This document shows positions 29,685 through 39,452 of a DNA stretch of 64,000 bases, one piece after another. Made by a program: the position numbers and the translations under genes. The stretch spans positions 608,001 through 672,000 of the forward strand of contig CBDDTI010000746.1 of NCBI GenBank assembly GCA_965233585.1, given 5' to 3'. The DNA comes from a bacterium (GTDB taxonomy: Bacteria > SAR324 > NAC60-12). The notes beneath the pieces are model-generated. The model searched no databases, had not been told where the DNA came from, and worked only from the letters and a program-made list of their open reading frames with translations. How positions within the stretch are numbered: position 1 is the first letter of the stretch; every line of letters begins with the position of its first letter.

Positions 29685-29880
29685 GTCATTGCGGGACCTG
29701 ACCCGCAATCTCCCTCGTCTTCTTCCCAACAACGCCTTTTTTTGAGATTCCGCATCAAGTGCGGAATGACTGAGAGGTTTTGTAGGCGTGTCTTTCCGTC
29801 ATTGCTTACCTTGCCCCGCAATCTCCCTTGTCTTTTTCTCAACAACTCCTTTTTTTGAGATTCCGTGTTCCCCCGTCATT
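29685..29880. repeat. CGTC-type REP doublets (REPIN-like)
   Basis: gtcattgcgggacctgacccgcaatctc - spacer - gagattccgcatcaagtgcggaatgac; second degenerate doublet from 29798. Confidence 0.88.
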
Positions 29881-30652
29881 GGCAGTGTTCACTTGATATT
29901 GGCATGATATTTTTCAAACCTTTTATAGTCAAAGAAGAGTTGTAGAGAGTGTTCCAGCATGTCCAAAGTTTTAGAATGTCGTTTAGATTTTCTCATCAAG
30001 CGAGCTAGGTTATCTCTGATGGAAGAATTAGAAGATTCAATGAGATGAGTCTTTTTTTGCCTATTTCGTGGTTCTCTGGAATTTGTCATTGAGCAAATGC
30101 CACTTGATAGCATGAGTTGGCATCGGTATAGATCGTCTTCATTCTAGGTCGCTGTTCTTTGACTAGTGCATACAGCTTTCGCACAGCTACTAATCCTTTG
30201 CCTATCACAAAGGCAATCACACATTGTTCTTGACGAGAATAGGCTGTCCAAACAGCTACTCTTTGGCTTTTTTTTGAACAAAAGTGTAGATCTCATCCAT
30301 CTCTATACTATCTACTTGTACATGGAAACTTGGTGCGTCTTTTGGAAGTTGAGACACTCTAGCTTTTTTGATCCAGTTGACAATTGAAGCGGGAGACACC
30401 TGCAAAAAACGAGCGATCTTTCTGATGCCTACACTATTGACATACATCTCTAAGGCTTGACGCTTTGTCTCTAGTGGGATTCTCAAACCATTTGAGGTGA
30501 ATGCTCTCTGACATGACTTGCAACGATACCTCTGAACCCCTTTGTAACTTCCATTCTTGATATAAGTCTGACTCCCACAATGATGACAACTTCTCATTTC
30601 CATTCCTCAAATTCACTCTCACATGCAATGACAATACCAACTAAACACTGCC
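29881..30652 (-). mobile_element. IS1-family element (772 bp), transposase pseudogenised
   Basis: TIRs GGCAGTGTTcAcTTGaTATTGgCAT / GGCAGTGTTtAgTTGgTATTGtCAT; 8-bp TSD ccgtcatt; InsA zinc ribbon and HTH at 30256-30603; A8 slip site; InsB carries extra frameshifts and a stop. Confidence 0.93.
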
Positions 30653-30865
30653 CCGTCATTGCGGGACCTGACCCGCAATCTCTCTTGTTTTCTATCCGCG
30701 TCATCGCTCACCTTGAAAACCGTCATTGCTCACCTTGTCCGCCATCTCATCCTTCTTAAAACACATGACAAACTTGGGTTTGTCCCTACGTTGTGACCTG
30801 ATGGCTTGCCTTTTCGTCATGGTTTACTTTAAAAACCGTCATTGCTCAACTTGATTCCACAATCT
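30653..30865. repeat. REP cluster continuing after IS1
   Basis: gtcattgcgggacctgacccgcaatctc at 30655, plus degenerate cgtcattgctca units. Confidence 0.85.
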
Positions 30866-31068
30866 GTCTTCTTTCTACTTCCTCCCATTCCCAAACGCAT
30901 TCTTTCTTCAAAACAGCCAAAAAATTCCTTAAAAACCAAAAAAATTTCCTCAAATCCTGAGTCTTAACTTGTTTTTTTTTTGTACGTGCATAATGCCCGT
31001 TTTGGTTTTTCGCAAAACTCTTATCTTGAAAACAAATGAAGGTTTCATTTCAAGAGGAGAGTTTTTCT

Positions 31069-34000
31069 ATGACAGTATCCTTTGTGTGGAGTGTTGTTTT
31101 TTTGTTGGTTTTTAATTTTTCTTCATCTTGTTCAATTTTGTTTAAGCAGAAAAAGAAACACAAGCACAAGGGGGTCAATGTTTGCAGATTCCCAAAACAC
31201 AGACGCAAGGCACAGGCAACCTTGCCATCTTCAACTCACTAGATGAAGATGTGCTGCTGTCGTATTCCAGCAGTCTGAATGCTGATGATGTGATGGCTGT
31301 CATTGGTGGCAAGCAAAATGGCGTGAAGGTGGACATTTCAAAACGCACCTCTTCCACGGTCATGGTGTTTGGATTCAAAATGCCAGCAGTCAAGGACTAT
31401 CTGAAAGCAGATTGCGATGAGACCAAGATGCCAACAGCGTTTGTGCAAAGTGAGTTCATTCCAACAGCCGAATCTAGTTTTGTGCTGGAAGCCAGCGAGG
31501 TGAAACAAGACTACGGGACATTGCTGATATTCAACAAACGTTCTGGACTGGTGTCTATTTTTCAAGGCAGTTCAAGGAACAAGCAAATCGGAGTGGTTCA
31601 GGCTGGTCAGTCTAACTATCGGATTCAAATCCCCATCGGCTACAAACAACTCGTGTTTTACCTACACAACCCATCAGGAGGCATTGACTTTACAAAACCT
31701 GTCTTTTCCAAAAATCTGGTCTTTAACAAAGGAGACACTAAACTGGTATTCATTCCCAACAAGACCATTTTCAATGGTGCGAAGATCAAGTTTCTCAATG
31801 CCTCTGCCCAAGATGTGATGCTGATGGTGAGAAAGAGTGATAGCCCGTTGTCTAATATAGAGTGCAGTTGTGAGGTCGTTGGCAAACAATCGGATAAACC
31901 TGTGATGATTCTGGTGCAAGACAAGTATTATGCTGATGACTTCTTCTTTTCTGTCATCAATGCAGAGACAGGTGAGACCTTGACAGAGAGTCAACCCTTT
32001 CAGTTAGATAAAAAAACGAACGCCAGTTTTAAGCTACAAACAGATTTGACTCTGAAGAAGACAGATGTGGGCAAGGGTCAAGTTGTTGTGCCAAATGAAA
32101 AACCCAGCACGCCAAGTGAAGTGAAAACGAGCGAGGTCAAAGCCAGCAGTGTCAAAGTCAGTTGGTCGCCTTCAGCAGATTCTGATGGTGAAGTGGCAGG
32201 TTATGAAGTCTCTTACAAGACAAGTAGCGGGTCATGGACTGGCACACAAACCACCACTCAAACCAGTTTGATTGTGTCAGGATTACAGCCTGAGACCAGC
32301 TACACTTTCCGTGTTCGTGCCAAAGATGATGAGGGAGACTGGAGTGCTTATGAAGAAAGCCAACCTGTCAAGACGCCTGAAGCTGCCAATCAACCACCCA
32401 GCAAACCTAGCACCATCAGCACCAGCCAAGTCACTGCGAGTAGTATCAAGGTCTCATGGTCTGCTGCCACAGACTCTGACGGAAGTATTGCAGGCTATGA
32501 AATCTCTTACAAATCAGGCAATAATGTTTTTTGGACAGGAATCAGCACGACAGCCAGCACGACTTACAGCTTCAATCAATTACAACCTGCCACCAGCTAC
32601 ACCTTCCGTGTTCGTGCCAAAGATGATGACGGAGATTGGAGTCCTTACCAGACAAGCACTGCTGTCAGCACTGCACCCAATGCACCAACTGCGCTTGCTG
32701 TCTCTGCTAGAAGCCTGACTTTTATGATGACTTCAGGCAGCAGCTATGAATGCTCCAAAGATGCTGGCACAACCAAAACCAACTGCAACAGCCCCTTTAG
32801 TTTTGGCGATGATGCCATTGCCAAAGACAAGCTCTGCGTCCGTGTCAAAGCATCAGGCAATACGCCTGCTTCTGATTGGAGTTGCTACAGCCAAGCCATT
32901 AATCAACCACCAAGCAAACCCAGCAACATCAGCACCAGTCAAGTCACTGGCAGCAGCATCACGGTCTCATGGACTGCTTCCACTGATTCTGATGGAAGCA
33001 TTGCAGGCTATGAAGTCTCTTACAAAGAAGAAAGTGGCACATGGACAGGCACACAAACCACCACACAAACCACTTATACTTTCAGCAACCTCACTTGGGT
33101 AACTTCTTACACTTTCAGAGTCAAATCAAAGGATAATGATGGAGAATACAGCTCTTATACAACTAGCTCTTCAGTCAAAACAAAATCAGACAAAACTTTC
33201 GGTGGAAGCGACAGGGACGGTGCTAATTCTATCATTCAAACGTCTGATGGCGGATATGTTGTTGCTGGTTACACTAAAAGTAAAGGAGCAGGTGATAGAG
33301 ATTGGCATATCATCAAATTAAATTCTACTGGCAACCAAGTCTGGGACAAAACCTTCGGTGGAAGTCATGATGACTATGCTAATTCTATCATTCAAACGTC
33401 TGATGGCGGATATGTTGTTGTTGGAATTAAGACTCTCTCAAATGGTAGTTCTTGGTATAATTCTTCTTGGATCATCAAATTAAATTCTAGTGGCAATCAA
33501 GTCTGGGATAAAATTTTTAGGTCTTCAACATTTTGGAGTCTAGGCGGAAATGTCTATACTTATTCCGTAGTTCAAACATCTGATAGCGGATATGTTTTGG
33601 GTGTGAATAGAAATCTTATCAAATTAAATTCTAATGGTAACAAAGTTTGGGATAAACCCTTTCATCGCAGCAGGCTTGACACAGCTAGCTCCATCATTCA
33701 AACGTCCGATGGCAGATATGTTGTTGCTGGATATACACTTACTGGTAATAGTTATAATGTGTATATTGCCAATTTAAGTTCTTCTGGAAGACTAAGATGG
33801 CATAGAAACTTTGGTGGAAGTAACGATGATGGTGCTGATTCTATCATTCAAACGTCTGATGGCGGATATGTTGTTGCTGGTTACACTAAAAGTAAAGGAG
33901 CAGGAGATAGTGATGCTTGGATCATCAAATTAAATTCTAATGGTAACAAGGTCTGGGATAAAACCTTCGGTGGAAGCGACAGGGACGGTGCTAATTCTAT

Positions 34001-34106
34001 CATTCAAACGTCTGATGGCGGATATGTTGTTGCTGGTTACACTAAAAGTAAAGGAGCAGGAGATAGTGATGTTTGGCTCATCAAATTAGATGCCAATGGA
34101 AATTAG
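31069..34106 (+). pseudogene. Surface (lipo)protein with 3 FN3 domains and C-terminal beta-propeller repeats; signal peptide out of frame with the body (31182-34106)
   Basis: GAGGAG RBS, ATG 31069, hydrophobic leader ending SSSC in one frame; the body frame is open from 31146; FN3 repeats; TFGGS..D...SIIQTSDGGYVVAG repeats. Confidence 0.65.
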
Positions 34107-34310
34107 GCGAAAAAACCCACTACCAAGCAAGACTTACCCATCCAAATTGGCTCTGACCAATACAAAGTCATCACGGCTTAACACGACCACAGCTTAGCCA
34201 TCAAACAAGACGGCACGCTCTGGGCATGGGATAAAAATCAAGCTGGACAACTAGGCAATGGTATCCGCATCATTCAAAAAACCCCCATGCGTGTCCCCAT
34301 TTTTAAGTAA
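34107..34310 (+). pseudogene. RCC1-repeat relic in frame after the stop of the FN3 protein
   Basis: PIQIGSDQYKVITA*HDHSLAIKQDGTLWAWDKNQAGQLGNG..KTPMRV. Confidence 0.85.
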
Positions 34311-34499
34311 TAAGTGCTTCTGCCTTTGGCATTTACCAGCCCTTCTCTAGCAGAGGGGAATTGAAGCACTCTGTCCTTCGGTTCATTGCTCTCGTTTTCC
34401 TGACTTTTTTAGGTTGCCATTTCTCTTTTTTGAGTGCGTTGTGTTAGAATCTTTTTGGATTTTACTTTATTTATGACTAACTCTAATTAAAAGCTCTTT

Positions 34500-35042
34500 A
34501 TGACCGATGAAGAACTAAAACAGTTGGTGGCTTCTAATGCACAAGCCATTCAGGAACTCAGACCAGCAGTTGCTAGCATGGTGCGGGGCATTCAGAGGAT
34601 GGAAAACTTCATCAGCAATACTTCGGAGATTTTAGAAGGTCGTCTGTGCCGTTCTGTGGAACAGGTTATAGAAAAATATGGCTTCATTGAAATTGGAGGC
34701 ATTCGCTACGACGAAGTGGAACAAAACCTCAAAGGGAAAAATGGCATCACGGCTCAATACGATCTTGTGTTGTTCAGCAAAACAAAACATTTGCTTTTGA
34801 TAGAAGTCAAACGCAAACCTCATGTCAAAGATTTCCAACAAGTGCTTCGGCAGAAAGAGACCTTTCCTAAATTGTTTCCAAGTTATCAAGACTATACAAT
34901 CCATTGCGGTTTGGCAGGAGAAGTCTTTTATGACGAACTCATCAGTGAGGCAGAAGAAGAAGGCATTTATCTTTTTCAAGAACAAGCGGGAGAATTACAG
35001 GTCATCACGTCTGCTTCGTTGCAACCACAGCTGGAAGCGTAG
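34500..35042 (+). CDS. Coiled-coil plus PD-(D/E)XK nuclease-fold protein (DUF3782-like)
   Basis: Heptad N-terminus; E...QYDLVL...LLIEVK core; AEEEGIY C-terminal motif. Confidence 0.75.
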   Translation: MTDEELKQLVASNAQAIQELRPAVASMVRGIQRMENFISNTSEILEGRLCRSVEQVIEKYGFIEIGGIRYDEVEQNLKGKNGITAQYDLVLFSKTKHLLLIEVKRKPHVKDFQQVLRQKETFPKLFPSYQDYTIHCGLAGEVFYDELISEAEEEGIYLFQEQAGELQVITSASLQPQLEA

Positions 35043-35080
35043 AATCCTGAACGCTGGTTTTCTTTTTTCCTAAACTACCC

Positions 35081-35718
35081 CGTCATTGTGGGCTTGACCC
35101 GCAATCTCCTTCTTTTTCCCAACAACTCCTTTTTTTGAGATTCTGAATCAAGTTCAGAATGACGGATTTGAGTCATTCCCCTGTTTTCACAAGAGGCAGG
35201 CTCTGAGTTCTCTTCGTCATCCCTGCGAAAGCAGGAATCCATGCTTGGTTTGGTGATAGATTCCGCATCAAGTGCAGAATGACAACTATTGTCATTCGTA
35301 GCGAAAGAACGTCACCCCTGTGAAAACAGGGGCAGGAATCCAGTCACGTTAGTAATCTGTGCTTGGTTTAAGATAGATTCCGCATCAAGTGCGGAATGAC
35401 GGGAGGATTGCATGTTGTCTCTTCGTCCTTGCGGGCTTGACCCGCAATCTCACTCTTGTTTTTTAAGATTCCGCATCAAGTGTGGAATGACTGGGAGAAG
35501 CACAGAATGACAGGAGGATTTTGCTGTGTTGCACTTGGTCATTCCTGCGAAAGCAGGAATCCATGCCTTGTTTAGGGTAGATTCCGCATCAAGTGCGGAA
35601 TGACTTGATTGCTGTGCAGAATGACGGGAGAACGTTTGAGATTGCGGGTCAAGCTCGCAATGACGGAAAGACTGCTGGAGATTCCCTGTCAAGTGTGGAA
35701 TGACGAAAGGACTGTCAT
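35081..35718. repeat. Dense CGTC-type REP/REPIN array (more than 10 palindromes of at least 3 subtypes)
   Basis: agattccgcatcaagtgcggaatgac and variants, gtcattcctgcgaaagcaggaatcc, ttgcgggcttgacccgcaatctc. Confidence 0.92.
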
Positions 35719-35728
35719 TAGAAAATAA

Positions 35729-36489
35729 GGTATTGTTAAACTATAAGTGATATGCGATATTAAGTTCATTTAATTGAATTGATAGTCATGGTGTAGCAAT
35801 GAAGTCGTGTCCTAGATGTGAAAGTGAGAAGACGGTTAAGAATGGTTTTTTATATGGTAAACCGAGGAGGCGTTGCAATGCCTGCAACTATCAATATACC
35901 AAGTCCTATCGTGGCCAAATCTCACCACAGATCAAAAGAAGAGCATTAGAGTTGTATTTGGAGGGTCTTGGTTTCAGGTCAATCGGTCGTTTGCTGAATT
36001 GTTCTCATGTTTCAGTTTATAATTGGGTCTGTAGTTTTGGCGAACAGCTCAAGGCATTAAGATAAGGACACAGACATTGAAATTATGGAAATTGATGAAA
36101 TGCACACCTACATCCAGTCAAAAAAAACTACTGCTGGCTCTGGATTGCTGTTGATAGATGTGGGAAGCAATTTATCAATTGTGTGCTTGGAAACAGAGAC
36201 TCAAAAGCCTGTAGGCATTTATGGGACAAGGTCAAGGAAACAAAACCTCTTCAGGTGATGACTGATCACTGGAAGGCTTACAAACAAGTCATTCCCAAAG
36301 AAATTCATACATGTTCCAAGGCAGAAACATACACGATAGAAGGGTATAATTCTCTCTTGAGACATTTCTTGGCAAGAATGAGAAGGAAAACCAAATGTTA
36401 CAGCAAGTCTCTTAAAGCATTACAATATTCTGTTCTTTTGTTCATGGCAAAACGGAATAATCAACTATCACTTATTACTTAACAATGCC
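35729..36489 (+). mobile_element. IS1-family element (761 bp), frameshifted transposase
   Basis: TIRs GGTATTGTTAAACTATAAGTGATA / GGCATTGTTAAGTAATAAGTGATA; flanks gaaaataa/aaaaataa; InsA 35799-36065; A-run+C slip site about 36120; InsB TDHW..Y, IEGYNS..RH; extra frameshift about 36061. Confidence 0.92.
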
Positions 36490-36533
36490 AAAAATAATTA
36501 TTTTTTGAAAAAGAAAATTGTTTTTGATTGAAA

Positions 36534-37757
36534 TCAAAAAAAGTGAAATACCACTTGAATTAAGTCTAATTCCCACTCGTAAAATTTGACTTTTTTGCCT
36601 TCTTCTAATTCCATTTCTAAATCAGGGGTATAGCGAATGTTGGTGCGAAGCACGAAAAATTGATTCATCGTAGGGCGAATATCCCACCCTGTTATCAAGC
36701 CCGGTTTGTTCACTGTCTCTTTCTTATCCCAAACGATTTTTCCTTCATCTCTTTCATAGTAGCTCATCTCCACTTGGTTCAGGCTCAAGCCAATATAGGG
36801 GTCAAATCCCTGATAATCAAAAATAAAGCTGTAAACCTCAAGACTTGTGTTGGTCTGTGAGATGGTATTTTTTAGACCAAAGGCGTCTTGACTATTGGTA
36901 AACTCACGATAAGAGATATTAAATTGAGTTTCTTTTTCTCTCCACCACCAACCTACTGCAAGGTCTAGTGCTAGATCACTGATAGGTTCTTGGTGTAAAA
37001 ATGGTCTCTCTTCTTCCAAATATGATGATTCACCTTGAACCCATGCGAACACTCCACCGATTCCTACTGTCAAGTTGTTGCCTGTGACTTGGATACGGGA
37101 AGGATCTGCGGCACCAGCAGTGGTTTCAAAAGAGTATTTATAACCAGCCCAGATGGATTGTTCTGGGAGCTTGACTTTGATAGCTTGGTCTCTTGTGATG
37201 TAGTAATCTATTTTCAGACGATGTGCATTAATTTTTTGGACTCCTGCTTCTAACATACCAATAGGTGTCGCCCAAACTAGTCCATAATTCCAACTTGTAC
37301 GATTTTTTGTAATCTCTGCCCCTTTTTCCCCGTCATCAGATTGGAGGTAATTCAAGGGATTCCAAGCAATGCCAACAAAAGGACTGACCCACCAAAGGCT
37401 AATTGGGATTGGATAAAACCTAAAACCTGTTTCAATGCCATGTGTGTAAGAGATACTTAAATCTCCTTCTTTTGTTTCGCTTCTTATAGGAAAAGAGACA
37501 TAAGCGTCAGCAAATCCCCAAAAGTGCAATGCACCGATAGTCAATCTTGTCTCAGAGTTGGGACGCAATGAAACCTCCTCTAACTCCCCATTTCTTAAAA
37601 CACTCGTTTCTATATCTTCAGAAAAACTCATTTGACCGATACCCAAATAGGTTTGTGCAAAAGAAAATCGTTCGTAATTTTCAGGATAGGCTTGTGCAAA
37701 TGCCATTTGTGCAGAGAAGAACATGATGACAAACAGCCATTTAGTTATTTTTAACAT
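36534..37757 (-). CDS. Hypothetical outer-membrane beta-barrel protein
   Basis: Signal peptide (AFA), amphipathic aromatic beta-strands, C-terminal Phe. Confidence 0.65.
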   Translation of the reverse strand: MLKITKWLFVIMFFSAQMAFAQAYPENYERFSFAQTYLGIGQMSFSEDIETSVLRNGELEEVSLRPNSETRLTIGALHFWGFADAYVSFPIRSETKEGDLSISYTHGIETGFRFYPIPISLWWVSPFVGIAWNPLNYLQSDDGEKGAEITKNRTSWNYGLVWATPIGMLEAGVQKINAHRLKIDYYITRDQAIKVKLPEQSIWAGYKYSFETTAGAADPSRIQVTGNNLTVGIGGVFAWVQGESSYLEEERPFLHQEPISDLALDLAVGWWWREKETQFNISYREFTNSQDAFGLKNTISQTNTSLEVYSFIFDYQGFDPYIGLSLNQVEMSYYERDEGKIVWDKKETVNKPGLITGWDIRPTMNQFFVLRTNIRYTPDLEMELEEGKKVKFYEWELDLIQVVFHFF

Positions 37758-37951
37758 GATTCAATACCTCGTAAAAATGTGAATAAAAATACATCTTAAT
37801 ATTTTATTGTTTTTTTTACAAATAGAAATTTATGTTCTTTTGCAAATATTAGAAAGACCGGCTTTTCATTTAAAATTTAGAAATTGCCATTCAACATGTG
37901 CCTTGTTAGAATGGCAAACTTTCTTCAATTCATTTCTATCAAACAGTCATT

Positions 37952-38557
37952 ATGAAATTAACTTTAATCAGTGGCAGTCATCGTCAAAATTCACAAAGTT
38001 TGAAGGTTGCAAAATACTTGGAAAAGCGTGCATTGGCATTAGACTTCAAAGAAACAAAAGTCATAGATTTGTCCCAAGAAAATCTTCCTATGTGGGATGA
38101 AGAGTTTTGGCAAAATACTTCAAAGTGGCAAAAAGCATGGGGAGAAATTTCAGAGGAGCTAAAGACTTCAGATGCTTTTGCCATCATCACTCCTGAATGG
38201 TCTGGAATGGCAACCCCTGCCGTCAAGAACTTCTTACTTTTGTGTTCTTCTCAAGAGGTTGGCTATAAACCTGCTGTTTTAGCTGGCGTTTCTGCCTCCA
38301 TCGGTGGAACATATCCTATCTCAGAATTAAAACAATTCGGTTCAAAAAATAACCATCTCATTTATACTCCGGAGCATTTGGTCGTTCGCAATGCCGTGAA
38401 ACTCTTTGAAAATGAACAACCTGTTGACGAACATGAGGCGAATTTAAGAGACACCATCAACTACTCATTAAAAGTCTTGTTGAAAATGGCAGAGGCTCTC
38501 AAACAGGTGAGAACAAGCGGAGTGTTAGATTATAAAAACTTCCCTTATGGCATGTAA
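37952..38557 (+). CDS. NADPH-dependent FMN reductase family protein
   Basis: ISGSHRQNSQS, ITPEWSG..TPAVKN, KP. Confidence 0.9.
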   Translation: MKLTLISGSHRQNSQSLKVAKYLEKRALALDFKETKVIDLSQENLPMWDEEFWQNTSKWQKAWGEISEELKTSDAFAIITPEWSGMATPAVKNFLLLCSSQEVGYKPAVLAGVSASIGGTYPISELKQFGSKNNHLIYTPEHLVVRNAVKLFENEQPVDEHEANLRDTINYSLKVLLKMAEALKQVRTSGVLDYKNFPYGM

Positions 38558-38867
38558 TCTCTGGTAAAAGATATGACAATTTGGGACGTGTTTCTGTTTC
38601 ATCAAGACTGTCAGTTGTTTGAGCAATATATCTTGCATCAGACAATGAATTTAGATGATGGTATGCCATCATTAACACAGCCTCAGCAGAATCATTGACT
38701 TGGCATGATGCAATCACAACATGGCTTAGACCTACCTTGTCAAGTTCTATGACCCCAATCGCTTTGAGAATCTGTTCAACCCAAATTGGTTTAGAGTTGC
38801 ATATTCATTTGCAATCATCTAAAATGCAAAACTTTTTCATACTGGGTGTTTGTTGTAGTTGACGTTG

Positions 38868-38943
38868 GCTCCTGTAGTTTAATCGGATAAAACGGTGGTT
38901 TCCTAAACCGCAGTTTGGGGTTCAATTCCCTACGGGAGCGCCA
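38868..38943 (+). tRNA. tRNA-Arg(CCT)
   Basis: Acceptor GCTCCTG/CGGGAGC, anticodon arm GTGGT-TTCCTAA-ACCGC, T arm GGTTCAATTCC, encoded CCA. Confidence 0.95.
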
Positions 38944-38957
38944 ACAGAGATCAAATC

Positions 38958-39449
38958 ATGGAGAATTACTCAAAATCAAATCACAAAGAAGAACAGGCTT
39001 CTCTGTATTTCAAGCTGATTATTTTTAAGGTCAACGACCAACTTTTTTGCTTTGAAATTGAAAAGATTCAAGAAGTTATTCGTTCACCCAAAGTCATGCC
39101 TACTCATAGTCCGTCAGGGTTCATTGAAGGCGTGATTGACCTGCGAGAGAATATTATCCCTGTTGTGTCTTTAAGCAACATTCTGTATCCTAAACATGAA
39201 TCAGGAATTGGAGAAAGAATTATTGTTGTGGACATTTCGCAATACATTTTTGGATTGATTGTAGACCATGTGAACGAGGTGATGGATATTTCGTCCAGTG
39301 AGTTTCAACCGCCACCGCCTGGACTCAGTGTTGGAAACTCCAGTTATATCAAGGGAATCGCACACCTCAAAAATGAAATCCTCTTCTTTCTGGATATAGA
39401 AAAAGTCTTCAATCTGGAACAAATTTTGCAGAATGGGGACTCAATTTAA
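38958..39449 (+). CDS. cheW: Chemotaxis coupling protein CheW
   Basis: IQEVI, GVIDLRENIIPVV, GLIVDHV. Confidence 0.92.
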   Translation: MENYSKSNHKEEQASLYFKLIIFKVNDQLFCFEIEKIQEVIRSPKVMPTHSPSGFIEGVIDLRENIIPVVSLSNILYPKHESGIGERIIVVDISQYIFGLIVDHVNEVMDISSSEFQPPPPGLSVGNSSYIKGIAHLKNEILFFLDIEKVFNLEQILQNGDSI

Positions 39450-39452
39450 AAG

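Noticed and set aside
33190..34090. Diversity-generating retroelement TR/VR pair
   Set aside because: No reverse transcriptase in the window; the copies are in-frame protein repeats and differences are not adenine-restricted
35450..35692. 80-aa ORF in the REP array
   Set aside because: Translation of palindromic repeats (RHCELDPQS, WIPAFAGMT), a typical spurious ORF
35081..35718. CRISPR array
   Set aside because: Repeats occur in both orientations and several subtypes, spacers are irregular and partly shared, and there are no cas genes; this fits REPs
29881..36489. Composite transposon bounded by two IS1
   Set aside because: Each IS has its own target duplication and different TIRs, so they are independent insertions
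38868..38943. tRNA as attachment site of an integrated element
   Set aside because: No integrase and no duplicated tRNA 3' end seen in the window
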